This document shows, piece after piece, positions 37,749 to 51,017 of a stretch of DNA of 64,000 nucleotides (positions are counted from its first letter, which is position 1; the number at the start of each line of letters is the position of its first letter). The stretch is from the NCBI GenBank assembly GCA_038087875.1, contig CM075985.1, positions 24,862,001 through 24,926,000 of the forward strand, in the 5' to 3' direction. This stretch comes from Malacoraja senta (taxonomy: Eukaryota). The position numbers were made by a program, and so were the translations under genes. A model generated the notes under the pieces. The model ran no database searches. It saw only the letters and a program-made list of their open reading frames with translations, and was not told the origin of the DNA.

Positions 37749-40700
37749 TTTTAAAGCTCTGTGATTTTTATGCCGCAGATCAAAATCCCGGCTTCTCACT
37801 GCATTGATTGACTGAGTATCATCAATAATGCTGTAAACATGACATTGCATATCATGCAAAAACAAAACACTTTTATTTTTGGTCAATAAACAACCAATAA
37901 ACGCTCTTAATGTAGGGCAACAAACGAAACAGAATGAAACAGTATTGAAAACAGACTTTAAACAATAGCAACAGCACTCAATATTGAGTTGGCAAACAGC
38001 CCTCCATCGGCAATCGGCCAATGGTAGTATTGCTGAAACACAAGTTCATTTTTCCAACCTGCGGCTTTTAATATATGGTCGATGGGAACGTCCATCGCCC
38101 TGGCCAAGGATGTTGCTACTGCGCTAGTGGAATGAGATGTAAACACATAAATGTTAATTCCTGCCTGAACCAACTCTTGCTTTAACCACCTTGAGATAGT
38201 CTGAACTGCCACTCTTTTATGTTGGCTTCTTGTAACTGAGAAATAATCCTGTTTCTTCTTGTCTTAAAGCCCTTGCGGCTTCAATGTAATGTAACAAATG
38301 TGTCCTTACACATAAACATGGAGCTGTAGGATATGCTGAGATCACAATCTTAAGACCTATCACACCTGGCCTGCTTTGTTTGAGCAGGTCAGAAATATAA
38401 AACAGAACATTCTCTGTATTCACTTCCATTCTCTCGAACTGAAGTTTTTGGAAAGTCTGCACTCTCTGTACTGACACCAATGCCATTAGCATAGCCAATT
38501 TCATGGTTAATTTTAACAAAGTTATAGACGTGATAGGGACCCAATGACGAAGTATGTTACAAACAACATTTACCTCGCAGATTACCATATACCTAGGCTT
38601 AGGCGGTTTGGAATTAAAGATTCCTTTCATCAACCTAGATATGAGAGGGTGAGAACCTATACTTTGTGTCCATGTACCTATTACAAGATATGCTGACCAA
38701 GCACTTCTAGCTGTATTGATAGCAGTATAGCTAAGACCCTGATCATAATAAAGTGTAGATAAACTCTAACACATTTTCAATAACTACAGTATCATATTGA
38801 ATATTCTTTTGAACACAATATTGTTCCCATTTTTTTGTTGTTGTTTTTTTCCATAAGTCATATACTGTTTTTGAGTACTGTTTCTCCAGGCTGCAGTGAG
38901 TATATCCACCGTTGGCCGAGAAAGTCCTCGACCAATGTAAGGCATTCTTAAAACCTGCAAATTAAAAGATCCATACCATCACATAACGGATGAACTTAAT
39001 GCGTTACTGGATGCTCCAGCAAATTCCTACTGTTTGGAATCAGCAAAAAAAGAGGTTGGATCGCTATCTGTAACATCAAAGGAAACCATGGTTGAATCAG
39101 GCAATTTGGTACACCAAAACCCCTGAAGCGGCATCCTGCTTGATTTTCTCAAACACCAACCTATGAGGCAGAATGGTGGGAAAATGTACACAAACATATC
39201 ATCCCAATTTAGTGAAAAAGCATCAATTGTCACTGCCCCTGGATCTGGTGCCTATGAAACATATTTTGGCCTTCCATATAGAAGTACTATGTTCTTGAAC
39301 ACATCCTGGTTCCACATCCACTCTGTGTTATGATGGAATTTTCGTGAGCTGCCATCTGGTACTACATTAAGTTTCTCTGGCAGATAGATAGCTCCAATCC
39401 AAATCTCTCTATCTCTACTCCAGGTCCAATTGTATTTGCCAACCTGTCACATGATAACAATTTGATTCCACCCATGTGATTCATATCAGCAACTGCTGTA
39501 GTGTTGTCTATTTTGCACTGCACATGCAAACTAGTTTAGTTAGTGCCATAAGCCTCGAGTCCATAAAATACTCTTGGTTAATTCCCCATGTTTGCAGAAG
39601 CAATGTTCATCTGTCTCCACCGCTGGATCTTGTATCAGTAGCACCCTACCCAAGTGCTCTGACATCTGTCTGCAAATCATGGAAGCTTGGTCCAATAACA
39701 CTTTGGAACTACTAGTGGACTCATGCTGAATCCACCATTGTACATCAGCAACAGCCTCTATTGATAGAAGCATAGGTCTATTATAATGACCCCAATGTAT
39801 CCTCAATGCTTGTTCCTTTGACCTTTGTAATTGTAGATAATAAAGTGGCCATATTGAACTGCTGGAAATGCTGCCAGCCATTACCACAGCAGTCTTGTCA
39901 CCTGGCTAATTGAAGGCTGTGTGTTAGCAATTAACTTGATATAGCTCTTAATTAGCTCTACCCTTTTTTGCCTGGGCAAGGTCACAATGATGTTGATTAA
40001 GTCCATTGTGAACCCAACTAGTCAATTTGTGTCACAGGTATAAATTTAGATTTCTCAGAATAGCTTATAAAGCCCAATTAAAAATTGTTTTTTCCAACTG
40101 CCACTGATGCTTCAGCTGTTTCCTTTGATTGTCCTACAATCAAGATATTATCTAGTTAAACCATGAGCACATGACCTTGACTTCTCATCATGCCTAGAAT
40201 AGGTTTTAACAACTTTGTAATCCCTCTAGGAGCTGAAGACAAACCATTAGGCAGTGGATTGTATTGGCATAATTCCCATCCAGCTGAATTTAAAATCTTC
40301 TATCCTGCAAATGAATAGACACTGAATCCGCATCTTTAAGATCTCCTTCACAAACGTTTCCATCTTAAAATGTCTATACCGTACAAAAGGGTTAAGCCTA
40401 TTCAGGTCTGTATAATTCTGCTTCCCCCCATCCTTTTTTGGTCTGGGAAAGATATTGGACACAAACTGATGGCTTTGGTAAACTGCCTTAGCAATTACAC
40501 CTTTATTACATAAGGTTGCAAGTTCCAGCTGAACTTCCAATTGTTCAGTGATACTGAAGTCAAACTCCTTTTTTGGAACATGTTGCATGGGTAAATCAGA
40601 ATTTGCATTTAAGCTTTATTCGATGCCCTTGAATAACCTTCAGTATAAACATATCTGAGGTAAACATTTAATTGTATCACATTAGATCTGTCTACATGAG

Positions 40701-41479
40701 AACCAGACCCTCTTACCTCCTTACCACCTGGCATTCTTCCCGGCCTTGAGCTGGATATCTCACCTCCGTGGCGGTGCTACAGCCGAACGCCAACTGCGCT
40801 GCATCGTAGCTGGACTCGTCCCTTGCCCGGACCAGTCTGCTCCCTTATAGGGATACTCCCGCTTTGGTGAATATGTGGCTGCCTTCTTAGCCTCCTCCTC
40901 CAGCTCCTTCACCTGCTGTGCGAAATCCTCGCCAAACAGCTGTGCTGGTTGCACTGTGCCAGGCTGGCAGAGTGAAGCATATTTATCATTGATGGTTGGT
41001 CTAATCGCATCTTGCGGAGGCAGTTGATCTCAAAGTGGGCACTCCACAATAGCGCCTTTTGTTGTAATTTGTCATGGCCTCTCCATCCACCATCCTGGCA
41101 AAGCTCGTTATACCAGATGCCAGCAACTTTAAAAATATGCTGGAGCTTCACATGCTCCTGGGCTTTCATTAGTATGCCCATCTTGCCCCAATTCTTCCTG
41201 TTCCCAACAGGAACTTTTAACAGTCCACAGTTGATTGGGGCTTCATACTTCGTTACTGTCTCATCCATTGTCAGCTCCTGTAGCTGATGTGAGACTTGGT
41301 AATTTATGCTGGTGGCAAGTTCCTCACCCAGAGGCTCACCAGCATCCGACGACATGGCAAACCGTGCTGCACACGGTGTCAGCTCTGGCAGCTGCCTGCC
41401 CTCCCTTTGGATGTCGTTGGACTCAGGGTCAGAGCGTATCTGCCCTTCTGCACTCACCTCTTGCAAAGAGGGTGCTTTC

Positions 41480-41720
41480 AAGCAGGCCTCTACTAGGCAC
41501 TGCCAGCGGAGCCGTCCCCACGGCCTCCCGCCTGCACAACTCCTCCTGGAGTATGGCTTTATGAAGCAGGCCTCTCCTAGGCACTGCCAGCGGAGCCTTC
41601 CCTAAGGCTTCCCGCCTGCACTACTCCTCCTGGAGTGTGGCTTTATGAAGCAGAACCTCTCCTAGGCACTGCCAGCGGAGCCTTCCCTATGGCTTCCCGC
41701 CCACACAACTCCTCCTGGAG
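41480..41720. repeat. 84 bp tandem repeat (~2.8 copies) in the DIRS gag region
   Basis: ctaggcactgccagcggagcc occurs three times at ~84 bp spacing. Confidence 0.85.
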
Positions 41721-43099
41721 CGTCTCTGTGGAGCAGCCCCTGTATGAGCTGCTCCTTTTGGATAACCGCTGGGGAACGGTATCCTGTCCCCGACGGGACT
41801 CTCATGGCCCTACTCTGCGGAGTCTATAGCCCTTACAGACTTAGCTTATGCCGACCGCCCGACTGGCAGTGGCTGTGTACCCGGCTGGGCACTTTCCGAA
41901 GTCTGTCGCCGCACCGCTACCGGCTTGCGACTCCCCCGAGGTGACAGGCTGCCTTTCAGAGACTGCACTCCCGCAGCTCTCTCTCTCCTTGTCGGCAGCA
42001 GCCTGCACATTTTCCTTGTTCCTGTATGTGGGGGGAAAACACACAGAAACAATATCTTTTACTTTTCTCTAACTCCTCCAAAGTCTCCCTGACTTTGGTG
42101 GAGCTGTATTTACTCACATTGCAGCAGGAGGTCCGTGCTCCTGCTGCCGTTCGCACCAATGCGTCCGACGTAATGACGCGCATGCGCCCTGACGGGGTTC
42201 TTCACGTAGTCACTCACGTGACTCCGAAGTAAAATTTATATTGAACATGTCAGAGTGGAAGTTGCATGTTCTCCCTGTGACCACCTGGGATTCTTCTGGG
42301 TGCTCCGTTTCTTCCCACATGCCAAAGAAGTGTGGGTCAGTATGGAAATTGGCCTTTGTAAATTGCCTGAGTGTTTAAATGAATGGTAGAATCTGGAGGG
42401 GTGGGGGGGGGGGGGGGGAGTTGATAGTAGTACTGCATAAACAAAATGGGTTGGAGTACGATTATTGCAGAGGTGGCTACTTGATGGTTGGTGTGGACCA
42501 TATGTGCCAAAGAGCCTTTATCTGTGTTGTATGTTCTATTAAACAATTTGTTGGATTTCTTTGAATTTAAATGTTTTTTATATTTGAATTTAAACAAATT
42601 CAAGATTTTTTTGTAAAGTCTTTGACGATTTCCTAATTCTTGCCAATTTTCTGAATGCTGACGTTGAGTTGAATTCTGAATTCTGAAGGCTGAGTTGGCA
42701 GGGCAGGTTATTGCAGCTGCTCTGTGAATAGGACTGCTGTTGCTCTCCTCACAAGATGCCCGCTCAGCTGCAGAAAACTCTGATGCCGTGCAGAACCTGT
42801 GCTGAAGATTGGGTAGGATTCTTTAAGTAAATTAATGCTGGGGAACCGCGCAAGATAATAAATAGTAATCTATTCTGGTGGATCGCCAGCAAGAATTATG
42901 AACTAATGGAACTTCAATATTATCAATTGCAAACATACTCAAAGGTCCAGCAATTCTCCACTGAAGTGATTTTCCTACATAGGTGATAGGTTAGAGGCCT
43001 CAGTTTTGCATCATACAACAGTGTCCTAAAAACTGAAGGAGACAAATAAAACCTCACAACGCATCAGAAGTGGTTGAAATGTTTTTTCATGCTCTACAG

Positions 43100-43159
43100 A
43101 AACAACAGCAACCACAGAGAAATTGACCAAAACCACATCAACCACCAGCTATGTACCTG
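43100..43159 (+). CDS. Thr mini-exon (TTATTEKLTKTTSTTSYVP)
   Basis: ctacag|AA ... G|gtaagt; 60 nt. Confidence 0.75.
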
Positions 43160-44200
43160 GTAAGTGACGGTGACTTGTGATCATGTAAAGCCCCTTTCCA
43201 CTTGTGCAATGCTGTGATTGCTCTTTGAGTAGGTCATGAAGTAAGCCTTTCATTCTTCTATCGAAACATATTTTCTTTGTAATTTGCTTCCAGGATTTAT
43301 CTTGCTGATTACCCTTAGCAGGATGGAATCCCAAATCAGGAGTATTTATTATCACATTTCTGATTTGTGAAGCTCCGAGTGAGAATGGTGCATTGAGGTG
43401 TTATTCCTAATAAATAACACATCTTCAGTTAATGTTCTCCCCTCAATATTAACACTAAGAATGTAAAATAATATCGTGGAATCAATTGAACTATTTTCCT
43501 CAGGTCATCCTGGTTTGGTTATTTCATCTGATTGACCATCTTTCACTGCTCCAAATGCAAGTACAGCTGTTGTGTTTTTGTTTATAGGAGTTAGGTGGCC
43601 TTGGAACTGTATATTTCTTTTTCAAGCTTAATTTCTTCATCCCACTTTCCTAGGGAATGACATGAAATAGGTTGAGCAGGTTGCCTCTATGCTCATTGGA
43701 TGTACAATATTGAGGGTCTAACAAATAACATTCTGAGGGGCATTGACAGGGTGGGTGCAGAGAGTATGCTTCCCCTTGTAGGGTTAGCGGGGAGAAGTGG
43801 ATGTAATTTCAGAATTACGTGTTATCCATTTCAGATGAACGGAGGAGAAATTCCCTCTCAAAGTGTTGCACTCTTGGAATTCTCTATCTCAAGAGTGCTA
43901 TGGAGACAGAATTGTTGAATGTATTTAAGGTGAAGATTGACAGATACGTAATCTATTTAATCGAGTGTGGTAAATTAGGTTAAGGCCAAGATTGGATCAT
44001 CCATGATCGTATTGACTGGAGGAGCAGTCTGAAGAGGGTAACTGGACTATTCTGCTCCTGCTTTTTAATGTTTTTATCGACAGGAGGCTACATTACCGGA
44101 GATCTCACATTCAACCAGTGATAATGATACAATTATGAATGGTAAAACTTAGTCAATAACAATCAATGCAATTAGTTGCAATTATTTTCTTACTCTGTAG

Positions 44201-44683
44201 AAATAATATCAACAACAACGCCAACAATCACAACAACAACAACAACAACACCAACAACAACAACACCAACAACACCAACAACAACAACAACCATGACAAC
44301 AATGCCAACAACGCCAACAACAACAACAACAACAACAACAATGCCAACAACCATGACAACAATGCCAACAACAACAATGACGCCAACAACAATGCCAACA
44401 ACAACCACAACAACAACAACAACAACAACACCAACAACAACAACAAAAACAATGACGCCAACAACCATGACAACAATGCCAACAACGCCAACAACAACAA
44501 CAATGACGCCAACAACAATGCCAACAACGCCAACAACAACAACAACAATGACGCCAACAACCATGACAACAACAACAATGACGCCAACAACCATGACAAC
44601 AACAACAATGCCAACAATCACAACAACAACGACACCAACAATCACAACAACAACAATGCCAACAACCACCAGCTCTACATCTA
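44201..44683 (+). CDS. Thr/Pro/Met-rich PTS exon
   Basis: ctgtag|AA ... A|gtaagt; 483 nt, phase 1-1; frame of ORF 44176..44691. Confidence 0.88.
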
Positions 44684-44840
44684 GTAAGTAACAACCATTT
44701 GTATATTGCACCGTCTGTTTGCATATAAGGATACAAAGTGCTGGAGTAATTCAGCAGGTCGGGCAGCATCTCTGGAGAACTTGGATGGGTGATGTTTTGG
44801 ATCTTCTTCAGACTGATAGCCTGACCTGCTGAGTTACTTT

Positions 44841-45143
44841 AGGGGCGACACAGTGGCACAGCAGTAGAGCTGCTGCCTTACGTGCCAGAGACCCAGGTTC
44901 GATCTTGACCACAGGTGGTGTCTGTATGGAGTTTGTACATTCTCCCTGTGACCACGTGGATTTTCTTCGGGTGCTCCGGTTTCCTCCCACACTCCAAAGA
45001 CATATAGGTTTATAGGTTAATTGGATTCTATAAATTGTCCCTAGTGTGTAGGTCAGAGAATTAGGGCATGAGTGATCGCTGGTCGGTGTCGACTTGGTGG
45101 GCTGATGGGCCTGTTTCCACGCTGAATCTCTACACTAATCTAC
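44841..45143 (+). mobile_element. V-SINE-like element nested in a hairpin repeat
   Basis: gtggcacagcagtagagc and ggttcgatc box-like motifs; same core as 13352. Confidence 0.8.
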
Positions 45144-46684
45144 TCCAGCAATTTGCATCCTTTTGTGTAAACCAGTGTCTGCAGTTCCTTGTTTCTACCG
45201 TTTGCACGTAATTTTTAAAAAAACATTCAAAATGTCATCATCTTGGCTTTCTTTTCAGCATTGAGGTGTGATTGTGTTAGTTGACTGGGATAAGGTATCT
45301 CTCAAAGTTATTTGGAATTGGCATCAAGTTAAATATTCACCACATCCCGATTCTCAATCTCAATGGTGACCACTTAGCAAGAAGTGTAGCAATTCAGCTT
45401 CTGTTCACAATGAATAGAGACAGGACCCCCTTCCCTTAGATTCTCCTGCTATCCAAAAATCTAGTTACCTCAACCTTGGATGTACATAATGGATCTGAAA
45501 CACTGGATCCAGCCCACACTTCATGGTCATCGTCTGCACTAACTCTTCAGCTGCAATAAATCTTTGCAGCTGCATGTCTCTGCCATGGCCAGTCAATTAA
45601 ATAGAGGAGGCTGTGAGCTATAACTATGTCTCGGGCATTACGATGTAAGCCCTTGTTCCTAAGGGTGTCAAAGGTTATGGGGTGAAGGCAGAAGGATGGA
45701 GTTGAGAGGGAAAGATATATCAGCCATGATTGAATAGCGGAGTAGACTTAATGGGCCAAATGGCCTAATTCTGCGCCTATGACTTATGAACATTAACTTT
45801 TTCAGGGATATACTTAGTGTCCTTCTGACAGCTAATGCAGTAAAGTGACCTTTTCAAAAATTTAGAAGCCATGGAAAAACAAAATGAAAACAAATGAAGA
45901 TAAAGACATTGGAAAATAATAAATTCCATTAAAAGTAGACGTATGCATTACCTCATCAGTATTTATCTGCAGACCTGCTGGGAAGCCTCAGAAACCAACG
46001 AGATGTGAGAGCAATCACTGAAATACTGAAGTTGGGATAAGCCATGTTCTTTGTTTGATCAGCCATGATCATATTGAAGATGAAGCAGGCTCAGATTCAG
46101 TACCATGTTCTGTGTTTTCTCTCTATTTTCCTTGAGCTCTAGAGTTATTCATAATTGTTCTAACCTCCTTCTTGATTGTGTTAACTGCCTTCTGTGATAG
46201 AGAATTCCATACTGATTAAGAAATTTCTCTTTACTTCAGTCCCAATTGTCCGACATAGCCTCTAGCTGTGACTCCAGGTTGTGGACATTCCCTGCATTGG
46301 GGACACCTTTAATGCTCTGTAAAACAATGATTTTACACATTTCAGTTCCTGCTCAGTCTTCTAACCTCTAGTAAATTGAACCTGGGGTGGGATCGGGCTG
46401 GGATGGGACCTTCTCAACATCAAGCAATGAAGGGACCAGTCCAATTTGGTTTTGGGTTTTGATTCTAATGTAGTTTATAAGCAACCAGCATATAATGGTA
46501 ATTCAAAGGCAGGCAGCTGGGGAGGTTGCATTAGGCTTGAATGGATTAAAGTCAACTAGCATCTATAAAAAAACAATTTGTTTAATCAACTCAAGATGTA
46601 TCCATGAAGTTTTTAGTTGAAGTTTCATCAAAACTTTTGACTTTGCTTTCTTACCACTAATTGATTATTTTGTGTTTTATTTAG

Positions 46685-46741
46685 AAAGACATACAACAGT
46701 GACAACTGCTACAAGTTCTCCTATTCACAGCACCACCACTG
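46685..46741 (+). CDS. Thr mini-exon (RHTTVTTATSSPIHSTTT)
   Basis: tttag|AA ... G|gtaaca; 57 nt. Confidence 0.72.
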
Positions 46742-47608
46742 GTAACAACCAATATTTCATGTATCAGTAAGGCCTTTCACTGTAATTTGAGTACTTGGCC
46801 AATGAGACTCAGTCAGCTCCATTCAGGTTTCAATGATGCCCAAGAAAGTTGATGTTGAGTCTTTCTCCCATTTGGTATCTAATTACTAAGTGGCAATTTT
46901 CCTGGCATTGACATTGACCTTTCAACTTTCTAACTGACCCCTGCCCATTCCCCTGCCTACACCACTCTGCCAAGACTAAAGTTTCAGAAAATGATGCAAG
47001 TAACTATAAGATGGAGCTGCCTCCTGCAGTGTTAAGCCTAAGCAGATCATTCTGAGGGAAGGTCAGACTCTACCTTTGAACAAAGCATGTCAATGAGGTC
47101 AGGCATCTAAAATAATCTGGGCCTCATTTCTGCAGTAACAGTTGAATTTTCAAACTCGCCTCAATACTCAGCCATTTAAAACCAGTTAATATTGAAAGGA
47201 CAGCTTCAGATTCTTTGCACTTCACTTTGCCATGGTAGACTAGACTCTGTTCCAATCCAATACCATCCCATTTCTGCAGAAGAGGACAAACTTCAAAATC
47301 AATTTGAAATTTCTGCTGCTTGCAGCCATCATTCTCTTGACATGGCTGAGTGTAATTGGAATCATACTGCCTCTTCAATAGTGTACAATTTTGTTCAGTG
47401 AATTTAAACACTTTAACAATTCGGTTGAGACTGGCCATGTTAATTTGCATATCATCCTTGCAGCCAGGGGGAATAACCATCTCAGAACAGATTAACGTCA
47501 GAACAGGTTCTGGAGCAAGAGGCCAGGATTTCAAGTCACTATGACCCGCCAAACATCTGAGCTTGTATGCCTTTGACGATATTGATAGACTCATCTTTTA
47601 TTTCACAG

Positions 47609-48003
47609 AACTGTTTTGCAATGGAGAATGGTCATCCTGGTTTAATACCAATACGCCATCTATTCAGGATAAAGGCGACTATGAACTGTTGGAAGAATTA
47701 CCCCCAAAGCTGTGTCCCTATAAAATAAGTGACATTAATTGTGAAGCTGTCAAGTTCCCACAGCAACCAATAAATAAAACACAGGACATTGTTACTTGTG
47801 ATAGAACAAAAGGGCTGATCTGCAATTACACTGACCAGAGTCCCAAGGATCGCCTCATGTGTCTGGATTATAGAATTAGGGTGTGCTGTGAGCGAAAGCA
47901 GAGTACATCCACAATAATTCCCACAATCTATGAGCCCACACACAAGAAGGTCACATACAAACCACCGGAATCATGTTTTTGCAATTCAAGCCCACCAAGG
48001 AAG
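47609..48003 (+). CDS. Divergent CysD plus linker into the C-terminal region (LFCNGEWSSWFN...IRVCC...CFCNSSPPRK)
   Basis: tcacag|AA ... AAG|gtaagg; phase 1-0; ORF 47563..48075. Confidence 0.9.
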
Positions 48004-48234
48004 GTAAGGAAATCTGACTCAATTCTTAGAACATTGATTATATATGAGGCATTAAGCATAATTAAGGAAATCTAGTCATGTTGGTCATCAACTGCAACTG
48101 CAATTTAGTTGGGAGGTTTCCTAAATAATGTGAATTTTCTCAATTAAATTATTATTTTAATATTTATGAAGAGACCCTACACAAAACATAATATTGTTAT
48201 ACACATTCAATGTTAACACGTTGGTATTTTGAAA

Positions 48235-48945
48235 GGTTTTGGGGTTGGATAGGCTGGGACCTTTTTCTTTGGAGCGTAGGAGGGTGAGGGGTGACCTTAT
48301 TAAGGTGTATAAGATCATGAGGGGCATGGATAAAGTGCACAGTCACAGTCTTTTTCCCCAAAAAGTGATTCTAAAATTAGAGGGCTTAGGCTTGAAGTGA
48401 GAGGGGAGGTATTAAGAGGGACATCAGGGGTGACCTTTCCGTCAGAGGCTGGTCAGTATCTGGAATGAGCTGCCAGAGGAAGCTATAAAAGTAGACACAA
48501 TTAAAGACCCTGTCCCACTTTCCCGAGTTACTCACAAACTCTTCCGAGTTTTCCCTTTGATTCGAAATCAGGGAATGTCGGTAGTGAGCTCGTAGGAGTC
48601 CGTAAATGTTTTGTAGCGGCTCGTAATGCCAGCCGTAGGAACTCGGGGCATCAGGTAAGTCGGGACGTTTTTTCAACGTTGAAAAATGTCCACGAGTTAC
48701 AAAAATTGCCCCGAGTACCTACGAATGTCTATTACCGTAATTCTCCGTGTTCGAATCAAGGGGAAAACTTGTAACTCGGGAAAGTGGGACAGGGCCTTAC
48801 GACTTTTAAAATACATTTGGACACATAGGAAGGGTTATGAGGGCTATTGGCTAAATGCAGGCAAATGGGACTAGCCTAATATGCCAACGTTGACAGCATA
48901 AACAAGGCCTATCCTGTCCTGTACTCCTCTATGATTCCATGACTA
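48235..48945 (+). mobile_element. CR1 LINE 3' fragment interrupted by a MITE
   Basis: ggggtgaccttattaaggtgtataagatcatgagggg; 3' tail ctatgattccatgac. Confidence 0.75.
48505..48797. mobile_element. PIF/Harbinger-like MITE nested in a CR1 fragment
   Basis: ccctgtcccactttcccgagttac ... gtaactcgggaaagtgggacaggg. Confidence 0.8.
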
Positions 48946-50343
48946 CCTAGTAGAATTTAAACTGAGACCTGACAGCAGTACTTTGAGTGCTTGGCAGATT
49001 CTGCTCAATTCCATCTGGTCCTCCATCTCTGTGATTGTGTGGTTACCTCATTCTTAATATTAGAAACCAATATACACTCAACAACATTTCAGTTTCCTAT
49101 CAAAAGATATGTGTAATCATTGTAGCAAAACAAAGCCATTCATTGCCAATTCCACACCACTTATCTGGGATGTGCACTGTTGGCTAAGCTGACCCTGGCC
49201 AACAGTGTCCTATAATGGAGGTTGACCAAGGAAGTACTGAAGATACACCCAACTGCTAGAGAATAGGCTCTGAGGTTTTGGGTTACTGCGCTCGGTGGAA
49301 GAATTGGTAAGGAGATAAGTTGTTTTATTTCTGAGGTTGGATACTATGCCCCATCTGAGGCACACACCCAAAAGACAGTAGAAACTGGTAGTCATTGCTC
49401 AAAATCATGTCTGGGTAGCTTACAACCTAACGGTATAAACATTGAATTCACCCATAAGCTTACCCCCCTAACCTCCCTCTTCAGCACTTTGTTTTTTGCT
49501 CAAGATTCCAGCATCTGCATTTTCTTGTGTCTCCAGGTGCAAGAGGTTTGGTGACTTCAAATGAATCATCAGTACAATGATTGATTATGCGTCATATTCC
49601 ACCTTTTGACATCGTTTATCATTAACATGCTGCACGATTGTCCACAGATTGTTGCTTCATTTGTTGTCCTTTGTTTACTCATAGTGATTGCAATGTAAGC
49701 TGTACGGTGTGCCCTAAATGCTGGGAATTAACTTGTCAATCGTTACAGCATAGCTGGGCATTAAGGACATTTGATTGTATCTAGATATTACGAGGATGAG
49801 GGATACGGGGTGATTACAGGGAAATGCCACTAATGTAAAACCTCAGTCATATGCTGAGGTTGTTGTGTAGCCTCCACTTGCTTTATCATAGCACAGAATT
49901 GACAAGAACTGCTTGCAAAAGGGTGTGGTGCATTCTTAGGTACTCTGTACTACTGGGAAATTGTAGTGCATGCAAAGGTAAGTTTCTCCACCTGCTGGTC
50001 TCCGATTAAAGTAACATTTACAAAGCTGCCTTTAAATTAAAGGCTTTAGTAAGACTTGGTTTAGTAAGATCCATGTAATTGTTACTATGTTCTATTTTTG
50101 TCATGTTTTTCTGGCGTCATCTTGGTTCAACAAAAAATTGTTCCTGTGCTTTTGACAGAAATTTGGAAATGATCTTTAGTTTAAATGTGGTTGTCAATTC
50201 TGCAATTCTGAAAATGTTTAGTTGGCAGAATCAAGGAATTTAATTACTCAATAAATTATTTTTAAACTGCCAGAATTGCACAATGGTTGCTTTAGTAAAG
50301 TGTGTCAAGTTTTAATTATTTTTATTTATAATGTTCCTTCTAG

Positions 50344-50515
50344 TGTTTGGAATCATGGCAGGCCAACTGCACAATTGTTACCTGTCTGAAAGGAGATACG
50401 TTTAAAATTGAGCCCGTTGTCTGTCCAGAGTTTGGTAAACCAAAATGTAGTAATAATGTGGAGCCTGTGAAAGTTCGCACCGAAAACGGATGTTGTGAGC
50501 AGTGGGAATGTGACT
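50344..50515 (+). CDS. VWC-like pre-D4 exon (CLESWQANCTIVTC...GCCEQWECD)
   Basis: ttctag|TGT ... T|gttagt; open frame with mucin Cys pattern. Confidence 0.88.
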
Positions 50516-50784
50516 GTTAGTATCACTGATTTATTCAAATTACTGCTAAATTGAAGTTACTTTAAATCATGGGAAGAGTTTTCACCTTTGGTTGGAACAA
50601 AAAACAGATATAAATGGGTTGGTGACCTATGCTGTCCAGTTTCTATTTATTGGAATTTACAATGCACTGACTAATTAAAGTCCAGCTGATCCAATTTTGT
50701 CTGTTTTACATCCCCACCAAAAGATGGAAAAAACACCCTATTGACACTGAGACTGTTTTACATTTTATTCTTATTTATTTCTAG

Positions 50785-51017
50785 GTGAATGTGAAGTATG
50801 GGGAGATCCTCACTATAACTCATTTGGCGGTCTGTCATATGACTTCTTTGATAACTGCACATATACGCTAGTGGAAGAAAAAATCCCAAAGTACAATTTC
50901 TCAGTTCTGGTGGATAATTATTTTTGCATCCCCTTCATAAAGAACTCTTGCCCAAAAGGCCTAATTATCTCTTACAATGGAAACGTTGTGCATATTTCAA
51001 CTGGGGGAGAATATGTG
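50785..51017 (+). CDS. VWD4 exon 1 with GDPH (CECEVWGDPHYNSFGG...)
   Basis: ttctag|GT ... GTG|gtgagt. Confidence 0.92.

Larger units (their letters stand above)
37408..42234 (-). mobile_element. DIRS1-type tyrosine-recombinase retrotransposon; complete structure, ORFs disrupted
   Basis: ITRs at 37481-37514 and 42174-42207; internal complementary region 37637-37748; - strand fragments of gag-like (40909-41481), RT (FPRPKKDGG..DLNRLN..HFKMET), RNase H, MTase-like (DAFSLNW..IFPPF) and YR (SHST..AAGW..FQQYY). Confidence 0.93.

Noticed and set aside
39027-39233. Adenine methyltransferase-like fragment as bacterial or phage horizontal transfer
   Set aside because: This domain is a known part of DIRS1 elements and sits at the expected position between RNase H and YR
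44166-44769. Cys/Trp/His-rich, poly-Val, poly-Leu and poly-Asn ORFs that look like metallothionein, keratin-associated or membrane proteins
   Set aside because: They are alternative frames and the antisense of the (ACA)n Thr exon; only the Thr frame fits the splice phases
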